Of a stretch of 64,000 nt of DNA, positions 10,144 to 20,318 are shown piece after piece. Under the pieces are notes generated by a model. It did not search any database. It was given only the letters and a program-made list of their open reading frames with translations, and was not told the origin of the DNA. Within the stretch, counting starts at the first letter, position 1, and the number at the start of each line of letters is the position of its first letter. Source of the stretch: a bacterium (GTDB lineage: Bacteria > UBA8248 > JACPRG01 > G963555815); contig CBDHDG010000006.1 in NCBI GenBank assembly GCA_965261595.1, positions 192,001-256,000 of the forward strand, in the 5' to 3' direction. The translations under genes and the position numbers were made by a program.

Positions 10144-10788
10144 CCCCTTGTCTCTCTTCCATAGTCGGCGATGAGTCGTTTCACGGCCGATTCCAAAGCG
10201 GCCTTCGTGGCCCTGCCCACGGTCGTTTCATCGAAGAGAACTTTTAGTCTCCGTATCGTGAAGCCGACCGCCTTGGCTTTGAACGATGAGGTTCCCCTGC
10301 CGGGGGCGGAAATCACCTTCCGGCCATCGGCGGACACCAACGACGCCTTCAGGTTGACGGTGACCGTCTCCTTGGCGGTGCTGAACAGGGAAATAAAGGA
10401 CCGCGAGCGGGCGCGCTTGGCGGACAGGACCGTGCCGTAAGCCGTCCAGTCCGTCTTCCATCCGCGCGCCAACTGCGAGAGAGGCGGACCTTTGGGATTC
10501 GTCCCGGATTTCGCCCAAAGGCTTGATTGGATCGACTTCACCTTCACCAGGACCTCGCCTTTCTCCTCAAGTAGGTCGAAAGCACCCGGACTCAAAGAGG
10601 AGCTGGCCGAGAAGCGTTCTGAGACCGAACCCGATCCGGGCGTCCGTCCAAATCTTCCCCCGGACCTCGTTCTCAAACCCGAGGACGAGCAGCGTGGGGC
10701 GCGACGCCTGCCCCCACACCGTCTGCCCGGCAAGGGGAAGAAAGATGAAAGCGAGAAACGGAACGAATCGCCTGAGATTCCGCCGCAC
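10137..10788 (-). CDS. Second CsgG/TolB-N-like exported protein (apparent 1-nt frameshift near 10580)
   Basis: Signal peptide and LLVLGFENE...GLRTLLGQLLFESG in one frame continue as FDLLEEK...FDETTVGRATKAALESAV in another; the FDETTVG C-terminus is shared with the 9430 gene. Confidence 0.6.
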
Positions 10789-10849
10789 CTTTTGGAACCT
10801 CCCGAGCGAAAGGACGGGTTGACTCAGCGGGAATTTCCGGGTTCGCCCG

Positions 10850-11212
10850 CTAACCGGGGACATTGCCGGGGCGGAGGGCTTCGAGACTCTTCTGGTCCAC
10901 CGCGAGGCCCTCCAGGGCGTCCGCCCCGCGGGCGTCGATGATCCGCTCAATCACCGGGTCTTCGGGCTCCAGCCTGAGGTCGATGAAGTTGGACCAGACA
11001 AACTGGGTGAACTCGACAAAGTCCGCCTGGATCGCCTCGACCTCCTCGGCCGAGTGCTCGCGGGCAAGACGCCGATCCACCGCTTCCCACGTCCCGTCGT
11101 CCATCGAAATGAACAGGTTATAGAATTTCTGACAGGTTTCCCTGGACGGCTTCGCCAATTCCGCCTCCCCCCCCTCCCCCCTCTGTTTCGCCGGCGGGCT
11201 TTCGGCGCTCAT
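10850..11212 (-). CDS. Small acidic hypothetical protein
   Basis: 120-aa ORF coupled by an ATGA overlap to the upstream ORF. Confidence 0.6.
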   Translation of the reverse strand: MSAESPPAKQRGEGGEAELAKPSRETCQKFYNLFISMDDGTWEAVDRRLAREHSAEEVEAIQADFVEFTQFVWSNFIDLRLEPEDPVIERIIDARGADALEGLAVDQKSLEALRPGNVPG

Positions 11213-11478
11213 ACGTGAACCGCGCCGTAGTCCTCCTCGATGTCCTCGACGTTGCCCTCCGCTTGGCCCTTTGTCGCCACCCCCAGCCAGTAGGGCACGT
11301 CTTCGGGCGTCAGGCTGCCTTCCTCGACGGCCTTCCGGAAGATTTCCTTCCAGGACAAGGGCGGGGTCTCCCCTTCGCCGAGCCTTCCGAGATCGGCGGC
11401 CTCGCGCTTGTAGATCTCAAGGTGCAGGGCGTTGGACACCCAAGCCTGTATGGACTCGATGGCGACAATCCGGGCCAT
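11209..11478 (-). CDS. Small hypothetical protein
   Basis: GGAGG RBS, then MARIVAIESIQAWVSNALHLEIYKRE...; follows the ferritin-like genes. Confidence 0.6.
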   Translation of the reverse strand: MARIVAIESIQAWVSNALHLEIYKREAADLGRLGEGETPPLSWKEIFRKAVEEGSLTPEDVPYWLGVATKGQAEGNVEDIEEDYGAVHV

Positions 11479-11504
11479 CTCTTTCGACCTCCCCCCCCTG
11501 GGAA

Positions 11505-12191
11505 TCAGGTGGTCACGGAATGCGTTTTTTCCATGGAGTTGATCTTCCGGTACACGCCCTCGGTGTAGTTCCAATGGGCGTCGAGGCCGACGCGGAAGTA
11601 TTCTTCCAGCTTCTTCTGGCGCTCCTCGGTGGTGGCGTATTTCTCGACCACCTGCTCTCCCAACCGGACGTGGAACCTCTCCTCGGGGACGATCTTATCG
11701 GCCACGCGCGCCAGGCTGTGCATGCCCAGCTCCCGCGCAAAGGCGCCGACCTTCTCCAGCATCCGCAGGGCCGTCCGCTCGCCCGCCGCGTTGTGCGCCG
11801 CGAAGTACCCGGCCGGGTCATCGATGCTGGGGTAATACTCGTAGAAGCAGGCCGTCATCTCCTCCACCGGGGTGTAGTCGTGAAGGGCGAAGTCCTCATC
11901 GAAAGCCTCCTTGAGCAGGGATTTGATGTCCTTGCAGTGGCGCGCCTCTTCCCACACCTGCCGGGCAACCTTGGTCTTGATGTCCAAGTCGAGGTCGGGA
12001 AACCGTTCGAGCAGCGTCGCGTGGACCCAGGAGCTGGCGTACTCGGCGCAGGCGAGCTGGCGGTAGGCCTCCCGCAGCCGGTCCCCGGATTCCTTGAACC
12101 ATTCGGAGTAAACGAACGTCCGCTGCGAGATGATCTCATCGTACACTTTTCGAAGGTGTTGGATGAATTCCTTGGGGGTCATTGCGGCCAT
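11505..12191 (-). CDS. Ferritin-like diiron-carboxylate protein, paralog B
   Basis: Complete ligand pattern: CAEYAS / WEEARH / GERTA / PEERFH. Confidence 0.75.
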   Translation of the reverse strand: MAAMTPKEFIQHLRKVYDEIISQRTFVYSEWFKESGDRLREAYRQLACAEYASSWVHATLLERFPDLDLDIKTKVARQVWEEARHCKDIKSLLKEAFDEDFALHDYTPVEEMTACFYEYYPSIDDPAGYFAAHNAAGERTALRMLEKVGAFARELGMHSLARVADKIVPEERFHVRLGEQVVEKYATTEERQKKLEEYFRVGLDAHWNYTEGVYRKINSMEKTHSVTT

Positions 12192-12323
12192 GACGGGTTC
12201 TCCTGTGCGCTCACCTCTGAAATGCTGGATTCGGTTGATTGAGTCCAACCCCCGCTCGGGGGGGAGGGGGGGGATCATTTTGATTTATTGCAGTCAGGCC
12301 GGCCCGTCCACCGCGGACCCGCT

Positions 12324-12995
12324 TCAAGCTTCCATCGCGGCGATCTTCCGGTAGACGCCTTCGGTGTAGTTCCAGTGGGTCTCCAGGCCGTCCCGGAAGT
12401 ATTTCTCCAGCTTCGTCTGGTCTTCCTCGGTGACGGCGTACTTGGCCAGGATCTCCTCGCCGAGGCGGACGTGGAGCCGCTCTTCGGGGATGATCCGCTC
12501 CGCGAACCGGGCGAGGCTGTTGTTCCCGCCGGCCCGCGCAAACGCGGCGGCCTCCTCCAGCATATGGAGCGCCGTCCGCTCTCCGGCCGCATTGTGGGCC
12601 GCAAAGTAGCCGCCGGGGTCTTCGATGGCGCCGTAATGGGTGTAAAAACATTCGGTCAGCTCGGGGACGGGCTCGTACTGATCCACCTCGAAGTTCTCCC
12701 GGAAGGCCTCTTTGAGAAGGACCTTGACGTCTTTGCAGTGGCGGGCCTCTTCCCAGACTTGCCGGGCGATCCTGATTTTGCTGTCGATGTCGAGGACCCA
12801 CTCGAAGCGCGCCTGGGCCTTGGCGTGGACCTCCGTGCTGGCCCAGTAGGCGCACGCCAACTGCCGGTAGGCCTCCCGAAGCCGGTCGCCCTTTTCCTTG
12901 AACCACTCCGGGTAGACAAACCGGCGGTCGGAGACGGTCTCGGCGTACATCTCCCGTAGATGCTGAACGAAAGTCTTGGGGTCCATCGCCGCCAT
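12324..12995 (-). CDS. Ferritin-like diiron-carboxylate protein, paralog A
   Basis: WEEARH / GERTA / PEERLH; colinear and highly similar to 11505-12191. Confidence 0.75.
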   Translation of the reverse strand: MAAMDPKTFVQHLREMYAETVSDRRFVYPEWFKEKGDRLREAYRQLACAYWASTEVHAKAQARFEWVLDIDSKIRIARQVWEEARHCKDVKVLLKEAFRENFEVDQYEPVPELTECFYTHYGAIEDPGGYFAAHNAAGERTALHMLEEAAAFARAGGNNSLARFAERIIPEERLHVRLGEEILAKYAVTEEDQTKLEKYFRDGLETHWNYTEGVYRKIAAMEA

Positions 12996-13246
12996 CGAAA
13001 TCGGTCTCCAAACCGCGAATCGTGAAAAGTAGAGTGGATTTTAGCAGAAAGGGCATGAGGAATGGAAGATCAGGGACCCAAACGGGACCATCACCGGGCC
13101 GGGCGCCGCTTCGCCCCGCCGGTCGGCTTTCTGTATAATCCCCGCGAAGACTCATCCGGGGACGGTCAAGACGCATCCTCACCGGGCGTGTATGTTCCCG
13201 CGCCCGGCTTCGCGCACGTCGGCAGCCGGGGACAAGGAGAAGAACC

Positions 13247-14245
13247 ATGACGAAGAGCGCGGTGAAGGAGGCCCCGCTGAGAGAGGGCGCCCTGTGGCCG
13301 GCTTTGCGGGAGTACTGGCACGCGGTCGCCTGGTCTGAAGAGGTGACCGGGGACAAAATTTTTTCCTTCACCCTCCTCGATGAAGAGATTGTGGTGTGCA
13401 GACCCGGGGACAAGCTGGCGGCGTTTTCCGACCTTTGCGTCCACCGCGGGACGCCCATCTCCTTGGGAACGATTGAAGGCGATAAAGTGGTGTGCTGTTA
13501 CCACGGCTGGGAGTACAACGCCGAGGGGAAGTGCACCCGCATTCCTTCCCTCCCGAGCAAGCATCCCATCCCCAAAAAGGCCTGCCTCAAGACGTATCAG
13601 GCCCGGGATCGGTACGGCCTGGTGTGGGTGTGCATGTCCGACACGCCCCGGGCGCCGATTCCGGAATGCCCGTTGTTTGAAGACCCGGACTACCGGGAGG
13701 TCTTCCGGAACCGCTGGATTTGGAAGGCCAGCGCCGCCAGGAGCGCTGAAAACTTCTTTGACCAGGCTCATTTCGCGTTCGTGCACGAGGGGATCCTGGG
13801 CAGCCGCGACAAGCCGGAGGTGTCGGACGCGACCATTGAAAGGGACGGGGAGGCGCTCAATTTTTGGGTCGATGTCCCGGCCGACAAGACGCACGCGGTC
13901 CCCTACGTCCGGAATTACCGCGTCTTCCGCCCCTTCACCACCTATCAGAAAAAAGAAGTGCCCGATGGCGGAATCGAGAGTTACATGAACATCTGCACGC
14001 CCAACTCGGCCGATCGGACAACCCGCTTCATGATGATCGTCCGCAACTTCAACCCGGAAGAGGGCGAAGCGAAGTCGATTGAAAATTTCAGCAATCTTGT
14101 CACGGAGCAGGATCGGGTGATCGTCGAGCGGCAGCGGCCCGAGGAGCTGCCCCTGGATCTTTCCGAGGAACTCCATTTGAAGGGGCCGGACGGCATCGCG
14201 ATCGCTTATCGCCGGTTTCTGAAAGAGCTGGGGGTCGGGGGCTGA
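13247..14245 (+). CDS. Rieske non-heme iron oxygenase alpha subunit (VanA/demethylase-like)
   Basis: Rieske CVHRG...CYHGW, mononuclear Fe motif ENFFDQAHFAFVH, C-terminal EQD. Confidence 0.9.
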   Translation: MTKSAVKEAPLREGALWPALREYWHAVAWSEEVTGDKIFSFTLLDEEIVVCRPGDKLAAFSDLCVHRGTPISLGTIEGDKVVCCYHGWEYNAEGKCTRIPSLPSKHPIPKKACLKTYQARDRYGLVWVCMSDTPRAPIPECPLFEDPDYREVFRNRWIWKASAARSAENFFDQAHFAFVHEGILGSRDKPEVSDATIERDGEALNFWVDVPADKTHAVPYVRNYRVFRPFTTYQKKEVPDGGIESYMNICTPNSADRTTRFMMIVRNFNPEEGEAKSIENFSNLVTEQDRVIVERQRPEELPLDLSEELHLKGPDGIAIAYRRFLKELGVGG

Positions 14246-14345
14246 TGGGCCGTCCCCTTTCCCGGACGGCGGCCAGCCAACAAAGCCATCGCCGCCGGCC
14301 CGCCAACCGACAATTCAAGACTCAACCCCTTTTCATGCATTTGGG

Positions 14346-15875
14346 ATGGAGATCCCCACTTACATGGCGGACGATTACGACGTCATCGTGATTGGCGGCG
14401 GTTCGGCGGGTTGTGTAGCCGCCGCGCGGCTCTCAGAGGACCCCGCCCGGAAAGTCCTCCTGCTCGAGCGGGCGCCGGACCCCCGACCCCTGCCCGAAAT
14501 GGTCGCGGAGGCCGATCAGGCGGGCCGGCTTTTGCTGGAATCGCCCTACCTGGAGCTTTTGCCGACGGCCCGGAACCTGGACGGGAGCGTCTTTCAGTCG
14601 CTGGCCGGAAGGTTGATGGGGGGCGGCTCCTCGGTGAACATGATGGAGCTGCTCCGGCCGCTCCCGCATGATTTCGGGGTCTGGACGGACCGGGGCGTCT
14701 CGGGTTGGACCTGGGAGGACGTCCTCCCGGTCTTCAAGCGCGTCGAGTCGGACCAGGATTTTCCCGACAGCCCGCACCACGGGGATTCCGGGCCGCTCTA
14801 CGTCAAGCGGCGTCTCAGTTTCGACCGGCCGATGGAGGGCCTGGAAGCGGCGCTGACCGAGACCGCCCGGCTGATCGGCCTCCCGCAATGCCCCGACCAG
14901 AACGTCCCGAACCCTTACGGCGTCTCGGTCTCCGCGCGCTGTGTCAAAGACGGGAAGCGGCAATCGGCGGTGGTCGCTTATCTCGATCCCGCCCGGTCCA
15001 GGCCGAATCTGACGATCATCGCGGAGGCGACGGTCCACGCCCTGGAGGTCAAGGACCGCCGCGTCACGGCGGTACGGTATGAGAAGGACGGCGGAATCGA
15101 GACGGTCTCGGGAGAGCAGGTCGTCCTGAGCGCGGGCGTGTACCACTCGCCCAAGCTTCTGATCCTGTCGGGCATCGGGCCGCCCGCGGAGATCGAGCGC
15201 CACGGAATCCGCGTGGTCCACGCCCTGGACGGGGTCGGTGAAAACCTTCAGGACCACGCGGTTGTCTATCTGTCGTATGAAGGGGCCAAGCCGCACCGTG
15301 AAGACTGGACGATCCCGGGCGTCATGCTGAATCTGAAAAGCGATCCGGCCCTGGCGTATTCCAACTTTCAGGTCAATATCAGGGCCCCCGTCCAGTTGGA
15401 GGGGCTGGGGCAGATCAACGCGCTCGCGGTCCGCCTGCTCGAGCAGCGAACGCCGGGCCGCGTATTCCCGAAGAACACGGACCCCCACGAGATCCCGGAC
15501 ATCGATCCCGGGATGCTGGAACATCCGGACGACATCGACGCCATGGTCTCGATGATGAAGTTCGCGGACGAGCTGGCGAAAACCGAGCCGATGCGAGCGT
15601 TTTACGGGCCGCTGTTCCAGCCGGGGCCGGGGGAGGATTGGGCGACGTATGCCCGAACAACGTACAACAGCTTTCATCACGGGGTGGGGACCTGCATGAT
15701 GGGACCGGGCGCCGACCCCAAGGCCGTCGTGGACGATCGGCTTCGCGTCCACGGGGTGGAAAACCTCCGGGTCGCCGACGCTTCGATCATGCCGATCATC
15801 CCGCACTCCCCGACGAACAACTTTTCCCTGATGATCGGCGAGCGCCTCGCGGATTTCATCCGGGAGGATTCATAG
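14346..15875 (+). CDS. GMC family FAD oxidoreductase (choline dehydrogenase-like)
   Basis: GGGSAG, GGGSSVN, GVGENLQDH, HGVGTCMMG and LRVADASIMP motifs. Confidence 0.92.
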   Translation: MEIPTYMADDYDVIVIGGGSAGCVAAARLSEDPARKVLLLERAPDPRPLPEMVAEADQAGRLLLESPYLELLPTARNLDGSVFQSLAGRLMGGGSSVNMMELLRPLPHDFGVWTDRGVSGWTWEDVLPVFKRVESDQDFPDSPHHGDSGPLYVKRRLSFDRPMEGLEAALTETARLIGLPQCPDQNVPNPYGVSVSARCVKDGKRQSAVVAYLDPARSRPNLTIIAEATVHALEVKDRRVTAVRYEKDGGIETVSGEQVVLSAGVYHSPKLLILSGIGPPAEIERHGIRVVHALDGVGENLQDHAVVYLSYEGAKPHREDWTIPGVMLNLKSDPALAYSNFQVNIRAPVQLEGLGQINALAVRLLEQRTPGRVFPKNTDPHEIPDIDPGMLEHPDDIDAMVSMMKFADELAKTEPMRAFYGPLFQPGPGEDWATYARTTYNSFHHGVGTCMMGPGADPKAVVDDRLRVHGVENLRVADASIMPIIPHSPTNNFSLMIGERLADFIREDS

Positions 15876-16779
15876 GGCCGCCGTCCTCATCGAGCGGCTC
15901 GGAATCCAGATGGGCCTGGAACGTCCTCAAGACAATCGGCATCAAACCCCCTTCAGGGAGGCCGAGCCCGGCGAACACCCGGCGGCCGATCTCTTCTACG
16001 CTCGGACGGCCGGCCGGCTCGCGAACCGCTTGGCGCACCAGCCGGTCGATACGCCGGATGTAGGTTTCGCCTTCGTCGATTTGCGCGGCGATCTCCGCTT
16101 TGCCGCGCGCCACCCGCGGGCTCATCGCCGACAGCAGAAAGTCCGCCCCTTCGACCACGCGAAGTTTATCGAGGCTCTTCAGGGTTTGGCCGACATCCTC
16201 GTAAATGGGCAGGGTTCCGGGCTCGGGCAATACGTCCCCGCAAATGAGGACCCCGTCCTTCGGAATGAACAATGAAACGCTTCCCGCCGAATGGCCCGGG
16301 GTATGGAGGACCCGGATCTCGACTCCGCCGCCCAGGTCGATCACATCGCCTTCGTTGATCTCTTCGTCAATCCCGACCGGTCCCGAGCACATCTCGTTCA
16401 TCTTGCCGACGGGCCGGACGCTCATTTGAAGGGCAATGTCCTCGATGCAGGGCCTGGCCGCCGGATGGGCGTAAAAGCGCGGGTTCGCCCGATCCTGAAA
16501 AACCCCGTTTCCCCCGATGTGATCGAAGTGGCAGTGGGTGTTGATGACGATGTCCACGTCTTCGGGACGAAGACCGCTCCCCTCGATGAAATCAAAGATG
16601 AAGGGGACGGCGGGCTCGACGGCCGTATCGATGACGGCCGGCCTTTCCCCCTCGATGATGTACGAGGTGACGAAACGCGGGATCTTTCCACCGCCCGGAA
16701 GCTCGATTTCGAATTCGGGCCACAATGCGTGAACGTTCGGCGTGATGAATTCAGGGTCTTTGGGCATCGGGCGCTCCAT
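15856..16779 (-). CDS. MBL-fold metallo-hydrolase
   Basis: THCHFDHIGG, HTPGHSAG and CGD motifs. Confidence 0.88.
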   Translation of the reverse strand: MERPMPKDPEFITPNVHALWPEFEIELPGGGKIPRFVTSYIIEGERPAVIDTAVEPAVPFIFDFIEGSGLRPEDVDIVINTHCHFDHIGGNGVFQDRANPRFYAHPAARPCIEDIALQMSVRPVGKMNEMCSGPVGIDEEINEGDVIDLGGGVEIRVLHTPGHSAGSVSLFIPKDGVLICGDVLPEPGTLPIYEDVGQTLKSLDKLRVVEGADFLLSAMSPRVARGKAEIAAQIDEGETYIRRIDRLVRQAVREPAGRPSVEEIGRRVFAGLGLPEGGLMPIVLRTFQAHLDSEPLDEDGGPMNPPG

Positions 16780-17095
16780 GGACCGGGATTTACCGGATGA
16801 CCGCCGTTGAGCCGAGCCGGGGTCTTCAGTCCATTTCGGAAACCCACCTTACCACCAGACGCCGGCCCTCTTCCCGGACCGCTTGAGCCTGTCGATGATT
16901 CCCCCCCCCTTTCTACATTTCTTGACGAATGACCGGGGCGGTGGTATTCGGTGTATCGAGCTTATCAACCCGTCAGGTGCGGCCATAAAGACGGCAAAAA
17001 AAGAGGTGCGGGAATTCCCGGCTCGCCTGCCGGAGGACGCCTCCAGCGGTCTCGGCTCCGTCGCCGTTTGCGCGGCTTTATCGGGGAGGAACAGG

Positions 17096-17809
17096 ATGAG
17101 CACTTATGTCTTGATCCATGGCGCTTGGCACGGAAGCTGGTGTTGGGACAAAGTCGCGCCGCTCCTGGAAGCGAAAGATCACAAGGCCATCGCCCCGGAC
17201 CTTCCGGGTCACGGCGCGGACAAGACGCCCATTTCGGAAATCACGTTGGATTCCTACGCGGCCCGGGTCTGCGAAGTCCTGGACGCACAGCCCGAACCCG
17301 TCATCCTGGTGGGTCACAGCATGGGCGGCGGCGTCATTACGCAGACAGCGGAGCACCGCCCCGGGCGGATCAAGACCCTGGTCTATCTTTGCGGGTTTCT
17401 CCCGCGAAACGGGGAGTCCATTCGTAGCTTGGCGCGGCAGGACCCGGATTCGGTCTCCGGCCGCAACCGCGTGATCGACGAAGATGGAGGTTTCTCAACG
17501 GTCAAGGAGGAGGCCTTGCGGGAAGCCTTTTATGCGGATTGCCCGGATGAGGACGTGGAGCGCGCTACGTCGCTCCGGGTCCCGGAGGCGCTTGCGCCGA
17601 GTCAGACGCCGGTCAAAACCACGGAAGGGAACTTCGGCCGGGTCCCTCGGATTTACATCCAATGCCTTCGCGACAGGTCTATTTCTCCGGCCCTTCAAAA
17701 ACGGATGTACGAGGCCCTTCCGTGCGAAAAGGTTCTCGACCTGGAGACCGGCCATTCTCCCTTCCTCTCCGCGCCCGAGGCATTGGCGGCCCACCTGACC
17801 TCGATATAG
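17096..17809 (+). CDS. Alpha/beta hydrolase (SABP2/methylesterase-like)
   Basis: LIHGAWHGSWCW, GHSMGG nucleophile elbow, TGHSPF. Confidence 0.9.
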   Translation: MSTYVLIHGAWHGSWCWDKVAPLLEAKDHKAIAPDLPGHGADKTPISEITLDSYAARVCEVLDAQPEPVILVGHSMGGGVITQTAEHRPGRIKTLVYLCGFLPRNGESIRSLARQDPDSVSGRNRVIDEDGGFSTVKEEALREAFYADCPDEDVERATSLRVPEALAPSQTPVKTTEGNFGRVPRIYIQCLRDRSISPALQKRMYEALPCEKVLDLETGHSPFLSAPEALAAHLTSI

Positions 17810-17883
17810 CCCTTGGCGGGGAGCGCCTTTATTTCCAACAGCCGGCCTGACCCGTTGGCCGGGGCGGAGAAGGAAAATACCCG

Positions 17884-18397
17884 ATGACAGAGAACGACAC
17901 GCTCGACGTTGTAGCGGGTCTCAATCGGCTCGGCCTCGTCCTGCCGGCGCCGATGAAGTTGCGGGAAGGGATGAGGCTCCCTTTTCCCTGGGTCCGGATG
18001 CGCGGAAACCGAATCTACGTTTCGGGTCACGGTCCCCAGAACCCGGACGGCACACTCGCGCATCCGCTTGGCAAGGTGGGAAAGGATGTAACGCCGGACC
18101 AGGGCTACGAAGCGGCCCGGCTCACGGCCCTGGCCGTGTTGGGGAGCCTGAGGCGTGAGTTGGGAGACCTGAACCGGGTGACCGCCTGGCTGAGGGTCCA
18201 CGGCATGGTCAACGTCGCCCCCCCCCGGCTTCAACCGGACCCCCGCGGTCATCAACGGCTTCTCCGACCTGATTTTGGAATTGTGGGGGCCCGACCGGGG
18301 CGCCCACGCCCGGTGCGCCGTCGGCCTGGCCGAACTGCCCGGCGACATCCCGGTGGAGATCGAGGCTGAGGTGGAGATTGAAAGGCAGGCGCCCTGA
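17884..18397 (+). CDS. RidA/YjgF family protein (frameshift in the C-run at about 18218-18227)
   Basis: YVSGHGP...GKVG in one frame; VINGFSDL...GAHARCAVGLAELPGDIPVEIE in the next, ending at a TGA that overlaps the next ATG. Confidence 0.8.
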
Positions 18398-19755
18398 TGC
18401 GCACGCTCATCCGGGACGCGACGGCGATGACCGACCTCGACCGGGAGGAGGGGTGGTTCCCGGGCGGTTACCTTGTGATCGAGGACGGCTGGATCGCGCG
18501 CGTGGAAGAAGGGGCGCCGCCCGAAGAGGAATTCGACAGGGTGATCAGCGCCCGGGACTGCGTCGTCCTCTCCGGCCTGGTGAACACCCACCACCACTTT
18601 ATCCAGACGCTCAACCGCTGCTACCCGCCCGCGCTGAATTCCGGGCTCCGCCAATGGCTGGAGGCGCTCTACCCGGTCTGGGCGAAGTTCGAACCCGAAC
18701 ACGTTCACCTCGGAACGACGGTGGCCCTGGCCGAGCTATTGCTTTCGGGCTGCACGACGACTTGTGACCACCACTGCTTAGTCCCGCGGGGCGGCTCCGG
18801 CCACTTTGAGATTCAGGTCGAGGCCGCGCGTGAATTGGGGATGCGGTTTCACGTAAGCCGGGGGTCCACGACAATCGGGGAATCGAAGGGCGGCCTCGCG
18901 CTCGACGCGAATTGCGAGGAGGAGGACGACGTCCTGGCGGACTGCGAGGCGCTCCTCGCCCGGCATCACGATCCCGCTCGCGGCGCCATGACGCGCGTGG
19001 CGCTCTCACCCGTCTCTTTATTCGGTGTGAGCCGGGAACTGATGCGGCAATCCGCGGAGATGGCCCGCCGGCACGGCGTGCGCCTCCACACCCACCTCGC
19101 CGAGACCCTGGATGAGCAGATGTTCTGTGTCGAGACCTTCGGGATGCGCCCGGTGGACCTCCTGGAGGATTGCGGCTGGATGTCCTCCGATGTGTGGCTG
19201 GCCCACGGCATTCACTTCAACGATGACGAAGTCAAGCGGCTTGGAGAGGCCGGCGTGGGGGTTGCCCACTGTCCCTCGTCGAACATGCGGCTCGGCTCGG
19301 GCGTGGCCCGCGTCGGGGACCTCCGGGCGGCGGGCTCTCCCATCGGCGTGGGCGTGGACGGGAGCGCGTCGAACGATTCCTCCCACATGCTGGCCGAAGT
19401 CCGGCAGGCCCTGTTGCTCCAGCGCGTCATCCACGGGGCGGACGCGATGACCGTTCAGGAGGCGCTCCGGCTGGCGACCGCCGGGGGGGCGCGTTGCCTC
19501 GGCCGGGACGACGTGGGCGCCCTCAAGCCGGGCCTGTGCGCGGACGTGGCGATTTTCTCCCTGGAGGACATCGGATATTCCGGTGCCGGAGACCCCCTGG
19601 CCGCCATGCTCCTGTGCGCCCCGAGCCGCGTAAGAACCCTGTTGGTGAACGGCCGTGTGGTCGTGGAAGACGGTCAGTTGCTGACGTGCGACCTCACGAA
19701 GGTGCTTCCGGAGCATCGAAAGCGCGCAAAGGAATTGCAAGGTGTCGCCTTCTGA
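18397..19755 (+). CDS. Amidohydrolase, 8-oxoguanine deaminase/AtzB-like
   Basis: GLVNTHHH, HTHLAET, WLAHGIH, HCPSSNMRLGSG and GVDGSASND motifs. Confidence 0.9.
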   Translation: MRTLIRDATAMTDLDREEGWFPGGYLVIEDGWIARVEEGAPPEEEFDRVISARDCVVLSGLVNTHHHFIQTLNRCYPPALNSGLRQWLEALYPVWAKFEPEHVHLGTTVALAELLLSGCTTTCDHHCLVPRGGSGHFEIQVEAARELGMRFHVSRGSTTIGESKGGLALDANCEEEDDVLADCEALLARHHDPARGAMTRVALSPVSLFGVSRELMRQSAEMARRHGVRLHTHLAETLDEQMFCVETFGMRPVDLLEDCGWMSSDVWLAHGIHFNDDEVKRLGEAGVGVAHCPSSNMRLGSGVARVGDLRAAGSPIGVGVDGSASNDSSHMLAEVRQALLLQRVIHGADAMTVQEALRLATAGGARCLGRDDVGALKPGLCADVAIFSLEDIGYSGAGDPLAAMLLCAPSRVRTLLVNGRVVVEDGQLLTCDLTKVLPEHRKRAKELQGVAF

Positions 19756-19782
19756 GGGGAGTTCTTGGAAAACGGCCGGATT

Positions 19783-20214
19783 GATTCCAGGGATTCCAGG
19801 GATTCCAGGGATTCCAGGGACACCATACTTAATTCTTGCTATTTGGCTTGCGCATCTATGGTGTCGGTGCATGCCAAGAATCGCACGGGTCGTGGCGCCA
19901 GGCTTACCCGTCACTCAGAGGGGGTGATCGCGGGCAGGAGACCTTTTGGCGGCGACACGGTGCGTGGAGCTCATCCGGTACGGGCTTGAATGGTGAAGGA
20001 GCTCAGGGTTTATCCATGGAGCGGCGCATATCTCAGGCGGAGGCGACTATCTGGTGAGGGTCAAGCCTCTGCTGAAAGGGTCGGGAAAAGGCTTGAAGGG
20101 GGACTGAGTCGGGTTCTGGAACGGTGGAAGCCGGGGCGAAAAAGAGGGGATAAGCGGAATTAAGTATGGTGTCCACCCGATTCCCCCCCCCCCCCGATTC
20201 CCCCCCGATTCCCG
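19783..20214 (+). mobile_element. Miniature, internally deleted RAYT (Y1 HUH transposase) element with 18-bp inverted repeats and flanking tandem repeats
   Basis: GGACACCATACTTAATTC (19818-19835) / GAATTAAGTATGGTGTCC (20157-20174); MPRIARVVAPGLP--VTQRG from 19871 and a C-terminal KPGRKR remnant; (GATTCCAGG)x4 on the left. Confidence 0.7.
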
Positions 20215-20318
20215 TCTGGGCGGGCGAGACTTAACGGCAAGATGGCCGCAACGTCATATAAAGAGTAGAGCGTTGACCTCATCACTTCCCCTTCGGGTCC
20301 TCCAGCGCAGGAGAATTC

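Noticed and set aside
10567..10569. TGA after CFRPT as selenocysteine
   Set aside because: The homologous continuation is in another frame and the site is not a redox motif
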